Assembly: GCA_046563655.1 (NCBI GenBank) | Contig: CM102290.1 | Location: 3,968,001-4,032,000 of the forward strand | Reading direction: 5' to 3' | Source of the DNA: Yuukianura sp. NJ FZ-2021 | Lineage: Eukaryota | DNA: 64,000 nucleotides | Shown here: positions 13,401 through 25,600 of the stretch, in pieces | Layout of the letters: every line of letters begins with the position of its first letter | Numbering within the stretch: the stretch's first letter is position 1 | Program-made: the position numbers and the translations under genes | The notes under the pieces: model-generated | Told to the model about the DNA's origin: nothing | The model's database searches: none | The model's input: only the letters and a program-made list of their open reading frames with translations

Positions 13401-16400
13401 CTTCCTGAATCTGAGTCTCGTCGCATGATGCTCTCCATTCGAAGTGTTGCCAAGAGGTCAAAACTTTTGGCGGAAGCAGACCCTGGTGAGTTCAGAGTTA
13501 GTTTTGATGATGAGAGTGACCAGTGAGAGCCCTTGGTCTCCAGGGAACTTCTACCACCTTTGGAAAGAACTGGAGTATCCTTTGGACTACTTCCAACCAG
13601 GACTCCTCGCTCACTCACGTCACTGATTTGTACTTGAATTTCCGTTGGTGCACTGGGCGTTGCCCCTTCCATACTTCCCGCTCGGTCAGTTGATGACTGG
13701 CCAGAATGCGAGGTCCGGTTGAGGTGAGCACGCTGTGCAGCGTGATAACTTGGTAAACCTGATGTGTCCAAAACACCTTCATCGCCTCCACCAGTTGACG
13801 ATCCGGTGGACGAGCTCTTACGGCCACCACCACCGCCAGCATCTTCTCCCTCGTCCACCTCACGGTCCTGCGCCGCCATTTTCTTTTTGAGAACCTCCTG
13901 CGTTTCCCGCTCAATCTCTCGAATATCTTCCATTGTTAGGCCATGCCACTCGTCTTGCCACGCCCAAGCTTGCCGATGTGCACGTAACATCATCTTCCTC
14001 AAAGCTACAAAACACAAAAAAAGAATGACATCAGACCATGATACTTCAATAGCGTAAGTGAGTAACCAACCGATCCTAATTTCAATTCCACCCTCAAGGT
14101 ACCGGAAAAATCGTGACAAGAAAGTAGCAATAACCACAATAACTTTTCTCCTATCTTGGACTTTTTCCTTATAAATCACAATCAGAAAGTCTAGACACTG
14201 CTACCACGATGCTCAGTTTTTGATATTTTAGAGAGGCAGGAAGGGAAGTAGAATAGTCGAAAATTGTGTAGACTGGATGATTTCTTACTGAGAACGAGTG
14301 AAATTTCTTTAAAAACCACCAGCCCACAACTGTCGTGATCGTCCTTGGAAGTTAGGATCTGCTTTTGAGTTTGTGAAAAGTAATTCCCGGGAAAGGAAGA
14401 AGATCAATTTAAGTATTGTCAGAAGATGGAGAGAAGCAGGAGATTGAATCCCTGTTTCTAAAGGAGTCGATTACTCGTTCGTCGACTCTGCTTCTTAGAA
14501 CTGAAGAAACGCAATAACAGGCACAAGCACAGCTTTTATATATAAACCATATTTATAACACAAGCTTCTCCTATGTTCACTCAAGCCTGTCTAAACAAGA
14601 TCCTTCAAAAACTAATATTGAAGAAAACCTTATTAGTTTGAAAAGATTTCTAGAAAATAACTCATTATCGCCCTTTGTCATAAACCTAGTCTACTTTTTC
14701 CAGTTTCCAGTCACAATCTCAACCTACTTTTGAAGACAAGATAAGTCCAAAATGGAGAAAATGATTCTAAGAAATATGGATTTGAGCTTCCTTTTCTACC
14801 AGCATCTTTTCCAATAAGTTCCCTAAGCTTCCTTTAACTTCCATAATAATCAAAAGACAGACGCAACTCTAGGCTTTCTAATTAACTGAAGATTTAACAA
14901 GTCGGAGTTAACAAGATCAATTCCGTCAAATAACAATCCATTCCACCAACTTTAATCAACATGGTATTAAAATAATAATCCAGCACTTTCTCTTTTCTTT
15001 ATCAGTGAACTTCCGGTTTGCGGCTAATCAACCAATGCTTTCCTTCAACTTTCTCCTCACTTTTTTCTTAACAGTTTTGAAAAGGTCAAAACATGATTAC
15101 CCCTCCTCGCCTAATAACTCCCGGAAAATTAAAACTTTTCGTCCAGAAGCAGCATATAAAGAGACGTCCACAAATGAAATTTATTAACTTCTTCTTCCAG
15201 ATTACACTTTTAAGTCCCAATAGGCAACGCGGATGAGAAGAAGTAACAAGTTTCCTCACTTTCTCCGAAAACTTCAACGAAAACTTAATTTCAACTTTTT
15301 TTTGGTGAAAAGGTCACACGCCAATTTCAGCTTCCACTTTTTAATAGACAGCATAAACCTCCTACACATACTGATCATCAAACCACCGCATCCCTGGCAC
15401 TCCAGAATCACATAACTTGGCAATTTCATCTTGCTGCCGTTAGTGCAAAATTTAACAACAATGCCTGACTTCAAATTCCAAAGTCGATCCTCATAACTTC
15501 TTTCCTAAAGACAAAAAAACTTCAAAGTTACGATCAAAAAACAGTTTGGAACTTTCGAAGCGTCAGGGCAAAAGGGCCGTGAAAATATAAATTCTAATCT
15601 GCTCTGCAGCATCTCTGTCACTGTGTAGACAGAAAGCATAAATCGAAAGACACAAAAATCCATGATGCCACCATCATAAGCGACAGTTAACATTTGACCT
15701 TCTCTTCATTCAATATTCTACAGGAGTTTGGATCCACAAGCAACATCCTCGTTAAGGTTCCCAAAAAGCTGTTAAAAAGTTTCAAAGTTTTGCAAGTTCT
15801 TCATACTATCGTAGTCTTTTGTAAAAAAATTGTTGAAAATTCTTGTTCTACGATTAATATCAGTCAACACCTAATCCCTGCCCAATTTTTTTTTCGTTTT
15901 TAATAAAAAAAACGACGCTTTAATAAATTTGAGTTTTTTTGTGTTGACCAAACTGTTTCAATTTTAGCGGTGCATTGAAGCGTTATTTCCGCTTAAAACT
16001 GTACCGTCTAATTTCAGTAGCCACATGATACCTCTCCCACTAGTCAAATATTGAAGAAATTGGCAGAGGCCCTTAGCCCATTTCCTCCCTTTGTTTTCCT
16101 CTGATCATAAATTTGATAACCAACTCTCACTTCCACTTTCATTTGTGCTTTCACTTTTTACTTTGTCGGACACGGCAGGAGAGAATAATTAAACAAAGGA
16201 AAAAGAGAAAGAACATGGGAAGAAAACGAGTTGTTCTCAAGCACTTTATGCCATCATCAATCACTTCCCCAACCTCACTTCCATACATAGTTACTCCCGC
16301 CACCACGAAAAACAATTGGGAATTGGACGCAAACTGAGAATCAACCTCGTGACCACCCTCTCCCATGTTCCCCATCACTTTCTAATATTTTATGGAACGA

Positions 16401-19400
16401 TGAGCATTGAAACGGCCGAAAATCTACAGAGCTCAAGGTCAGTTGGGGTACAAAGTTAATGTGCCAGAGGAGTATGTTCCTAGTTGTAGTAGTCCACCAT
16501 AGTCTCAAAACCCACAGAACTTTAGCATCCGGGGAAAGTCAAGTTAGGCAGAAGACCCGCATACACCAACATTAGATTTAGACTAACGTTTTCTAAAGGG
16601 CTTCTAGACACAAATGGAAATTAGATTCTGAGAACCACACTTCTACGACTTCATTGGTTTGAAGTCCCAATAGAGTCGCAAAGTTAACATTTCCCCGTTG
16701 TGTGACCACCTCCGTCATGAATAAATCTCCGCTTTCTTAGAGTAAACTCAAAATTAGAGCAGGTAAATAGGCCATAACGACACGACAGCAGTAATACCCC
16801 AAGTGCTTGGAACGCTAAACAACTTTGAGCAATCATGGTCCTGAAATTGTTTAAAGTGTCGCATTTCCTCCGAATTAATTCTGTCTAGCCCACTTTCACT
16901 TTTCAAATATTTCATGAAACTACGAATTATCTTCTAAAAAATTTCTTCTGCCTCGGAAAAAGTGTATTAAAGGTCAGGAGGGACATGCCCTTTTGCTGCC
17001 CCATTAATTGTGCCAATTCAAATTCAAGAGTTGATATTCCCTACGGAGCTAGAATTAATCCCAGAGCAAAGCGACTCAATTAGTAAAACTTTGGAAAAGC
17101 CTCTTTTCCCCTTTTTGTGAAAACTCAAAGGAGATCTATGGAAGCCTTTGTTATGGCGGACGCTGCTTACTCCGGAGAAAGTTCTCCGCTTTGAATAGAA
17201 GGAGCTTTTGAATCCACTTGATGTAAAAAATTGAAGAAAAAGAAACAAATAATGTTCCCATCGCGGCATTTTCAACCATCCATGACAAGTGGAACTTCCA
17301 CTTGGGAAGTCATCGTTTATCCAACTAAAAAAAGACGTCAAGCTGACGTAAGTTTAAGTCTTATGAGAGATGCTGGCATTTAGGAGGCGAGCACAGAGCA
17401 GTAAGCATAGTTGCCGTACTTGTCTTCAAAGTTCCCAGCACAGCCCACACACCCAACCAACCAGCCACTTTCATTTCGCTTAAGGTTAAACGTCCATAAG
17501 CCGCTGAAGATTCTCACCCAAAAAGTTTCTATTTGAACGGCGCTCGTCGTGGCTCCAAGCATTCTGCCTCCATTTGAACATGAACCAGTTCCATGCCATT
17601 TCATCGAATGAATTACTTCGAATGAGTTAATGCAAAACAAACCCTTCGAAAGTCGAATGATTTCGAAAGCCAACGTTTAATAACAAAAGTTGTTGTTAAA
17701 CAATCAAAACCTAACCTTAATAATTTCAAGCTTAACCAAAACTGACCCAATGATATTTAGCCTAACTTCACGATTCCTGACGTAACCTTTTTTTTCACTT
17801 TAAAATAAACATTTCGCATTTCGCAAGCAATATCCCTTTCGCAGTAATTGACCTTTCGAAGTAATTCATTCGCAGTAAATTCATTCGACGAAATGGTGTG
17901 TTACCACATGGACCAGGAGAAGAAGCAATCAGAAAACAGGGTGCGCCAACTTTAGAATTCGACGAAGAAAGCCAACCAGAACTTCAAATTATTCTCTCTA
18001 TTCCACCAGAAGAATCCGCGCCAACTTTCAACATCTTCCCCACGTCCTAAGCTTCGCCTTTACCCGCCTCTGTATCTACTCCTGCCTTATCCCGCCAAGC
18101 AGGAAGCTTCTTTTACATAATTCTAAATCTCAACTTCTCCCTTTCCCTTTTCTCGTCTTCCTTTGACGCACAAAGTGAAAGTGAAAGTTGAGTCAAAATT
18201 GAAACGCAGCTTTTGTTGGCTTCCACAAAAAGAAGGAAATTCTATAAAGGCCAAAGGTCAAAATCAACACTTTACCCAATTTAAATTTCATTTTCCCCCT
18301 GTAATCGACCAAACGTCAATCCCAACCACAGCGTCTCTTTTTTCATATTTTCCACACAAAAGAACTTACCAACGTCATGAATAAATTTTTCAATTTTGCT
18401 CTGCATCCCCCAGTAGTGGAACTCAACTCGACACAATTTATAGGCACACATTACGGCCTTCCCGTTGGGTAGCGGCATCTTCTTTCCCTGAAATGAAAAA
18501 TACGGAATCAATAAGTTTCTTTTTCGATAAGACTCTGCCAATACATTCTTACTATAACATAACATTTCACGTAAAGGATAATACGCATAGGACTTTCCCC
18601 GTCCTACGAACTTAAGGAACTCGACCTAGAGAACACTAGTTACGTCATAGATGCCAATTTGAAGGAAAAAAGGCGGGAGTTGGAGGAAATGCTGCGATGT
18701 TCGAAAAGAGCAAAGCAATGGAAAAGTCAACTTTCTCCACTACGTCACAATGAGGGGAATGCAAGGAAAATACCCCCCAATAACAACCGGATCAATTTCT
18801 CAAGGATCATTTCCAATTCCTCAGGAATGAGGTCAACTTGGGCAAGATCGTAATCATCGCTTCGTCGTTGTCATATTACTAGAGGATTTAAGTAAACCAA
18901 AATATGATCTTCAGGAATGATGATTCCTCCCATCATTCCTGACGATTTCATGGTTTCAGGTTCTAACACACACAAAGGCTCCTGCAACACTTTCTCCCAC
19001 ACGCAAATTCATCAAAATTATTTCCCAGCCTTGTGTCTGGCGATGGGAGGCAACAGGAGAAAACTGCATGAAATAATTAATTTAGTACAAATGAAAGAAC
19101 TAGTCACTCATTTCAGTAATGAAGAGTCTACTGCTTTTGATCTAGCTTCGTCCACAATTTATGGGCGTAGCTTTTGCATTAATTAAACTAGGTTGCTTGA
19201 GGTCACCTAGTTATCAAAACCACAGTCCAAATGCAACAAATTAAAAATAAATGTCAAAGAAAAATAAACCTAACCGGACAATTATAATTTAGGTCTCATT
19301 ATTTATTTAAAAAGTTAAATTGAACTACAATTAAGTGAGATGAATCTGGTGATAGGGGAGAGTTAAATCAGAACTTCCCCGTGTAACCAGATCCAATTCA

Positions 19401-22400
19401 GCAGAATTAAGCTCTGATTCACTTAACAGAAATTTTACTGACTACCGCTAGTTCTCCTCCTGCAGGAGACGTTTAATAACACTTTAGCTTGTCTCTTCTG
19501 TACTCGTTCTAACCGGTTTCTGCTTTTCGTAACAGCAGTAAGCGCCGTTCCAGCCTCTTTAAGGAAAAAAAACCTGAAAGGAGGAAAAGCATTTATCGAT
19601 GAATGGAGGAACTTAATTGAATTTCTCCTGAAACTACAACAAGGAAAAAGGACCTCCTCCCCAGGCACACCGTGGTGCTCCATGTTCCGCGCCATTCAAA
19701 AATATTCGCTTTCTTTGACTGGCACAGACACAAGCACTTACCATAAATAAATAACAAAAAAAGAGAAGTTAGACAAGTGGGAAAAAGTAGTTTTCTCCTG
19801 TTCCAGAACCACAATCACCAGTAGTCTCGCTTTCAAGTGTTTAAAATTCTAGTCTTCTAGAATTCTAAAATCTGAAAATGCGAAGCAAACGAAGAGACGA
19901 GAGCCTGTTTCCAAAAAAAGACACAATTTTCTACTCAACAACACACTCGTACCAGAGTCTGTGCTTTCTCCGCGTCTTCTACCACCACAAATGAAATGAT
20001 TTCCTCTGACTTCATGTGCAGAGTCGGCGTACTATGACTCTCTCAGAGTGTTAGATGAGCAATCAGTATACATTTTGAAACTAAAGACATGGACGCTTTA
20101 GTCGTTTAGTTAAGCTGTTAAGCACACTAAAATGTCAATCGGTATGTCATTTTTATAATTAAGGCTTGAAGGGCAGTCATTTGGTAAATTGGGCTCCTTA
20201 TTTGACAGGAGTTGACATTTTAATGTATTCGTGTATTTGGACAGAAACATGTCGACACTTGGAGAAAGCATTTCTTACCTAACCAAAAAAAGTACAATGT
20301 AATTTCCTTTCACCCAAAACTCACCTTACACTCCTCCCAGTATTCCTCGATCCAATTTTCCGTCAAGGGCCCTCGGCCTGTCTTCACTGACACAAAAACG
20401 CGAGGATCCTCGTCACGAACATAGTCGGCTCCATGCAACTGATCTTTCACTACGTCAATTAAGTCTGTAATTAAAAGTAAAAGGCCAAGTTATTAAAAAT
20501 AATTAAAACAAAAAACCATTATCCAAGCTATTACTACAGACCACTAACGTCTCTTTTGTGGTGAATCTCGTCCAGAGTAAAAAGAGAAAGTACAAATAAA
20601 AATGGCATCAAAACTTTTGTGCATGAAAGACCAGCCCAGCCACTCTTCATTTTATCTCGCCACTAACTTTTAAGTTTTATGAGGTCTTTACAACCATTTA
20701 CCTCCATAATAGCCCAACTCTTTGGAAACGTTTAGAAAATTAGAATCGTACCGACCCCAATTACTTTCTCTCAAGTTGTAATTGCACACTCTACTAATGG
20801 AATGGTGGGAAATAAGCATCAACTCATAAGCATTGAAAGGGTAACGAACACAGTAAGCACATGAAATCGAATGTTCATACCAGAAACACGGTTCCTGAGG
20901 TCGGATCCAGACAGGTTGAACACATTTTCCTGTTGCCCAACGTCATCGCTGTAGAAAGTTTCAATTTCAAGTGAGAATCGCTGTACGAAGGAGCATGTGT
21001 ATCGTGTTCTAGTGTAGGGATAAGCGTTCCAAGCTTCCTCCTCCACCGTGAGAGCAGATTTTGGAAGTAGGCTCTTGAACCAACTCGGCAAATGACTCGC
21101 AATGTAGTAGATCTTGTGGGTATACTGACCTTGACCTCCGGGGCCATCCGTGTATGGCTCGTTTACTAATATTTCAACTCCACTTCCAGCCCCTTTGCTC
21201 TCATCTCGACTCTTTTTCTGCCAAATTCACAAAATACAAACAACTTCAGCAATTTAATTATTAACACGTCAAGGTGTAGGAGATGCTCAACCAAAAATTA
21301 AGTTGATTCTGTTTTTTTGGATAATAGAATTCCTAGAAAACTTTCTAGAATTAATTACAAATGTTAAACTTTTAAAGATTTTAGTTTCCCTTTGTCTTCT
21401 TAAACCCTTTCGTTCCACCAAGTATTTTCCATGAAAGTTGGTGAAAGTGTAAACTAACTAATCAGGTTATTATGTAAAAATTGAGCCCTCTGTTTGAAGT
21501 TTTCATGTATTGACAAAAGCTAGAAAAACAATGAAATGAGGAGTCAAATTTAAATGTTTCTGTTTGTGTAAGCAGTGATGTTTTTGTTTTGATTATGTTT
21601 ACTAGGTAAAACTTTTGATTACATCCAACTGCGAATTGTTTTAGATACAAAGTTTTGGTTTCCTTTGAATTTTCGAAACGACAAACAATTCCTCGAAATA
21701 GAAAACAAAATTTTCCACCAGAAAACTGCCTGAAACAGACGTCAAGTCATTCCATTGACGTTATATCATTGTGTTTCATCTCATGACAAAATAAACTGTT
21801 GTAAACGCCATCACGCAAGTAGCGAAATGTAGTGAGCAACTTTTGTAGAGGAATTCTTTTTTTTTCAATTGCCTCTACTAATACTTGACCTTCGACCCGA
21901 AAGATGTGTACTTCCGGTCAAACCGGAAATCGAGTCATCCCAACACCATGTGAAGTTCATCTGCGAAAACATATTGAAAATCTGCCTCCTGGTTCCAAAA
22001 TTATCGACGCGCTTAGCATGAGCGACGCCATTTTGCAACTTGCGACGTCTGTATCTCTAAAACCGTAGGTTAAAAGTCAAGGTCACCTATACAAAAGCTG
22101 TTTGCCTCGATGTAATGAACAACTTTTGTATGGGCCATTTTTTCCAATTTCCGTAAACAAAAAGTACGGACCTTGACCTTTGACCCATAACTGGACAACT
22201 TCCGGTAAATAGAAAACCGATTATTCACCCCCTCCAGACCCTGTGAAGTTAACCTGCGAAGACAGATTCAAAATCGGACTAGTGGTTCCAGAGTTATAGT
22301 GTCCTACAGACAGACCCACCGACAGACAGACAGAAAGACTAGGCATGACATACAGTATCGAACTATTTCGCAACTTAATAAACAATTAGTTTCAGGAGGT

Positions 22401-22635
22401 ACATTACGTAGTAAACAACGCGCAACTAAAAACAACTTTAGACTCCTCCGAATTTCTGACGTCATACTAAAAAATAGTATCGTCGGAGTAAACCCGTTAG
22501 GCACAGCGGTAAAACTGTTCTAATTTTTCTGTGTAAATTTAGGAAAGAAGAGCTTACGGCAATCATGTACAGTTGGGCAATGCGATACTCTTCGACGCTG
22601 ACGGGAAGTGGAATGCGATACTCCTTGACTAGCAT
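7472..22635 (-). CDS. rdgB: Retinal degeneration B / PITPNM (Nir2-type) membrane-associated phosphatidylinositol transfer protein, ~1295 aa
   Basis: Exons (5'->3'): 22635-22558 [26 protein letters not shown]; 21217-20881; 20464-20325; 18487-18370; 14004-13375 (ends in FFAT EEFFDC); 12062-11964; 11864-11489; 11407-11097 (GDSMG); 10925-10740; 10635-10468 ([12 protein letters not shown]); 10368-10213; 10127-9979; 9908-9792; 9730-9465; 9380-9231 (LNS2 VFSIDGSF); 9138-8958; 8879-8605; 7622-7472. All introns are GT-AG and the total of 3888 nt is in frame. Confidence 0.96.
17587..17905. mobile_element. Mutator-like MITE with 9-bp TSD and CCTAACCT core (in rdgB intron)
   Basis: Imperfect TIRs: AGTTCCATGCCATTTCATCGAATGAATT versus the reverse complement of the right end GGTAACACACCATTTCGTCGAATGAATT. 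TSD ACATGAACC (17578-17586) / ACATGGACC (17906-17914). Internal TTCGAA/TTCGCA subrepeats; CCTAACCT at ~17710. Confidence 0.75.
21816..22376. mobile_element. Non-autonomous repeat, Helentron/HINE- or MITE-like, with internal ~285-bp duplication and (GACA)n tract
   Basis: Short imperfect inverted ends AAGTAGCGAAAT / ATTTCGCAACTT. Two diverged modules CAACTTTTGTA..TTGACCTT(C/T)GACCC..ACTTCCGGT..TGTGAAGTT(C/A)A(T/C)CTGCGAA..TGGTTCCA start at ~21837 and ~22120. CAGACAGAC microsatellite at 22307-22333. No TSD identified. Confidence 0.6.
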
Positions 22636-25600
22636 GATTATTGTCCTTCCTTCTGCTGCTTCCGTTCATCCGACGAATTGAGTATCGCTTCTTCTCATTA
22701 GCTTTCTCCACAATCAAGATGAGTTTTCGCCTCCCGTGGGAATGGGCTCGAAAGTTGGCACCTTGCTCCAGCGACCTTTGACCTTGAACACAAAAATTAA
22801 GAGAGATGTTAGATGTTTTACAACACTCTGCTTCACCACCTCCACTCTAACTGGAGAAGACTATTGGTCGTGGTTAAATTGTAATGATGCGTAGCCGTGA
22901 CAGTGACCGAGACAGGAGTAGGTCACTATCTCACCTTCGGTTCTGTACTTACTCTGGGCTGGAACTGGGCCCTAGGACGCTGTTATATGGAGAAAGTTGG
23001 CTCCAAAAGTGGAGAAATACGTGGTGGAGTGGCGCTTCCCTAGCTTTTCCATAGGGACTTCCAGATAACAGAAGAGCAGACGAAGACAAGGAAGAAAGCG
23101 GACTGGGAAAAGACTACGTCCGAACTGTTGCCTCCAATACAACCGAAAACGCCCGACAAACCCCCACACCTTTCACTGTTCCCCTCCTTCCGAGCCCCCC
23201 TAAACCCCTCCATTGTCTTGGATCATCCTTACTTAAAAACCAATTCTCTCCTAAGTTTCTCCATCTCCACCAACACCAACAGCCCAAACACACTTTCATG
23301 CATATTAATAAACACGGGGAAGATTTCAACATTTGAAACACTAAATTCCTTCTTGGGAATTTCTGTCTATCATCGACTTTGAAGTTGAAACATAACAGAA
23401 CTTTCCTTATCTGCTGGCCCACGAGCTGCATGTTCTCTAATCCGGACGCTTCAAGATTTTTCTGAATTAGAAACTCCCGGGAAAGAACGGAAATGATACA
23501 CATGAGAGTTGCAGGTCTCGATGGTGCAATAATCCGAAATTGCTTCGAGGATTTTGACAATTTACGAGTGTTTTGTTTAAAATTATGTTTAAAACTAAAA
23601 GCATACTTCTTAATTTTTACTGCTTTGCTGCTACACATCCAGATATTGAGATAAACCATACGTAGAGACCATGCAACAAGTGATAAATGTTATGTGATGT
23701 GTGAAAAAAAAAATTAGCAAACTTTTTTACGGTGAATACGGTAAAATATTTGAAGAACAAAATATTTTTCCTTCTTTAAATTTTTTTTAATGCGCCAAAC
23801 GTCTAACCTATATTGAACTCGACCTCGGAAAAAAAAATTCTTTTGGGTGAAAGTTGAATTTAAAAAAATCCTTTCTTTTTTGGCTATTTTACTACGATGC
23901 TTTAAATTCAATTCACTTCATTTCCAAACGTTTTCCAACCAAACAGTATTTTCAATCAAAGGGCACCCTCCCCACTCACTGTTTGGAACTTAACTTGTTT
24001 GACTTCTTTTGATATGAAAGAAAGGAGGGTCCTTGTCTTCAAAACATTTTGTGGTCAAAATCTCTCAAACTTAATTCCACCCTACCGGTATAACATGAAG
24101 CAACCGAAAAATCGTTTTTGGAAACTGTCTAAATGGATCTAAAATTTATATCTGCCGATGATTACAATCGCAGTCAAAAATTTTTTTGAACATTTAGACG
24201 ATCCGGGATACACGAAGTTCTTATGGGTGGAGAAGGTAATTTGACACACCCAAGTTCTTTACATTAAAATCACCATCAGGTCGGTAACGATGATGATAAG
24301 ATTCACCCAACATCGATTAGTACATTAACCAAATGTTCGAGTTAATCAATGAGTCATTCGCACACCTATACCGTTACTTACAACGATTTTCAATTACGTT
24401 TCAAACGACTCAATGCCATGCGTGTAGGTCACGTTCACGGACGTGTCTTGACTAACTCTAACTAATGGCGACATAAGAATCACAACTTACTAAAGCATTC
24501 GTAAATCAGATTAACTTACAGCATGGAGTACCAGTAGATTTTGGAAGAGATCAATCCGTGGACATCGATTACAAGTGTCAGTCGGTTACATAACAGGAAC
24601 AGAAGAGTGACGATGTTGTAGACTTGTGATGAACACGAAGTACAATCGATGGATTATCCCCCAGTCCAGGAAGGCTAGAAGTTAAACAATTAATAACTCC
24701 CACTGCCTTTAGTTGACCTGGCTGGAGAATTATGATGACATGAATGAGTGACACAAACGTTGAAGCAAGAAAAAACTGTTTGCGTTGTTATGTTTTCTTG
24801 GAAATAAACAATGTGGAAATCGGATGTCAAATGAATTGCAAAACAACAAAATCCAAACGAAAAAGTACAAAACACGAGAATTATCAGTAGCAATAGTTGT
24901 ATGTATAACATGGGGATACGCACATATCTAACTATCTACGATGTATATATTACTGTATATATTTATATTTTATAAATACTTATTAGACGCATAGAGTTGA
25001 ATATCATAAACGATTATTATTTCATAAGTCAATTGCAATTCCATTTTGTATCCGATTTGCATTGGCACTTGCCAGAATACAAATTTAAATTCAAAATTAG
25101 CTTTTGGCGCTCTTTGTTATCAATTTCCAATTCGAGCGTGTGGACACTCTTATGACCACGAAACTTTCTCTTTTGTACCACGAAACTTTTGGAAAATATT
25201 CTTTTTCATTTCAAATTCTCAAAGTTCGCAATAGAGACATTCACAATTTTTTTTTTCTGAAATTTGAGTACATCCTGATTAACGACTTTGTCATTTTTGA
25301 AACATTTTTTTGTTATTCTAGAAAAAGTTTCTTGCAACGTTTCTAAGAACAGAGGAAATTCTACGTTCACCAACATATTACAGAATTGGGTGACGTTTTT
25401 GTGGTCGAAAGTGAGTTAAATTTAGCTACCAGTACTCGGCTAGTATTTTAGTTCTACAATTTGTATGCAGTAGTTCCATTTCCAGAGGCTTATGAAATTT
25501 CAAAACGAAATTGAACCACGGCTTAGATTTTTTTTTCTTCAAGGCCTCAAGGCCTCACCGTAGTCTCTCGAGATTGGGGCTTTCTCGACCTATTCTCACG

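Noticed and set aside
23114..23659. 181-aa minus-strand ORF
   Set aside because: No recognisable domain or splice structure; it lies in the probable rdgB 5' UTR/intron region.
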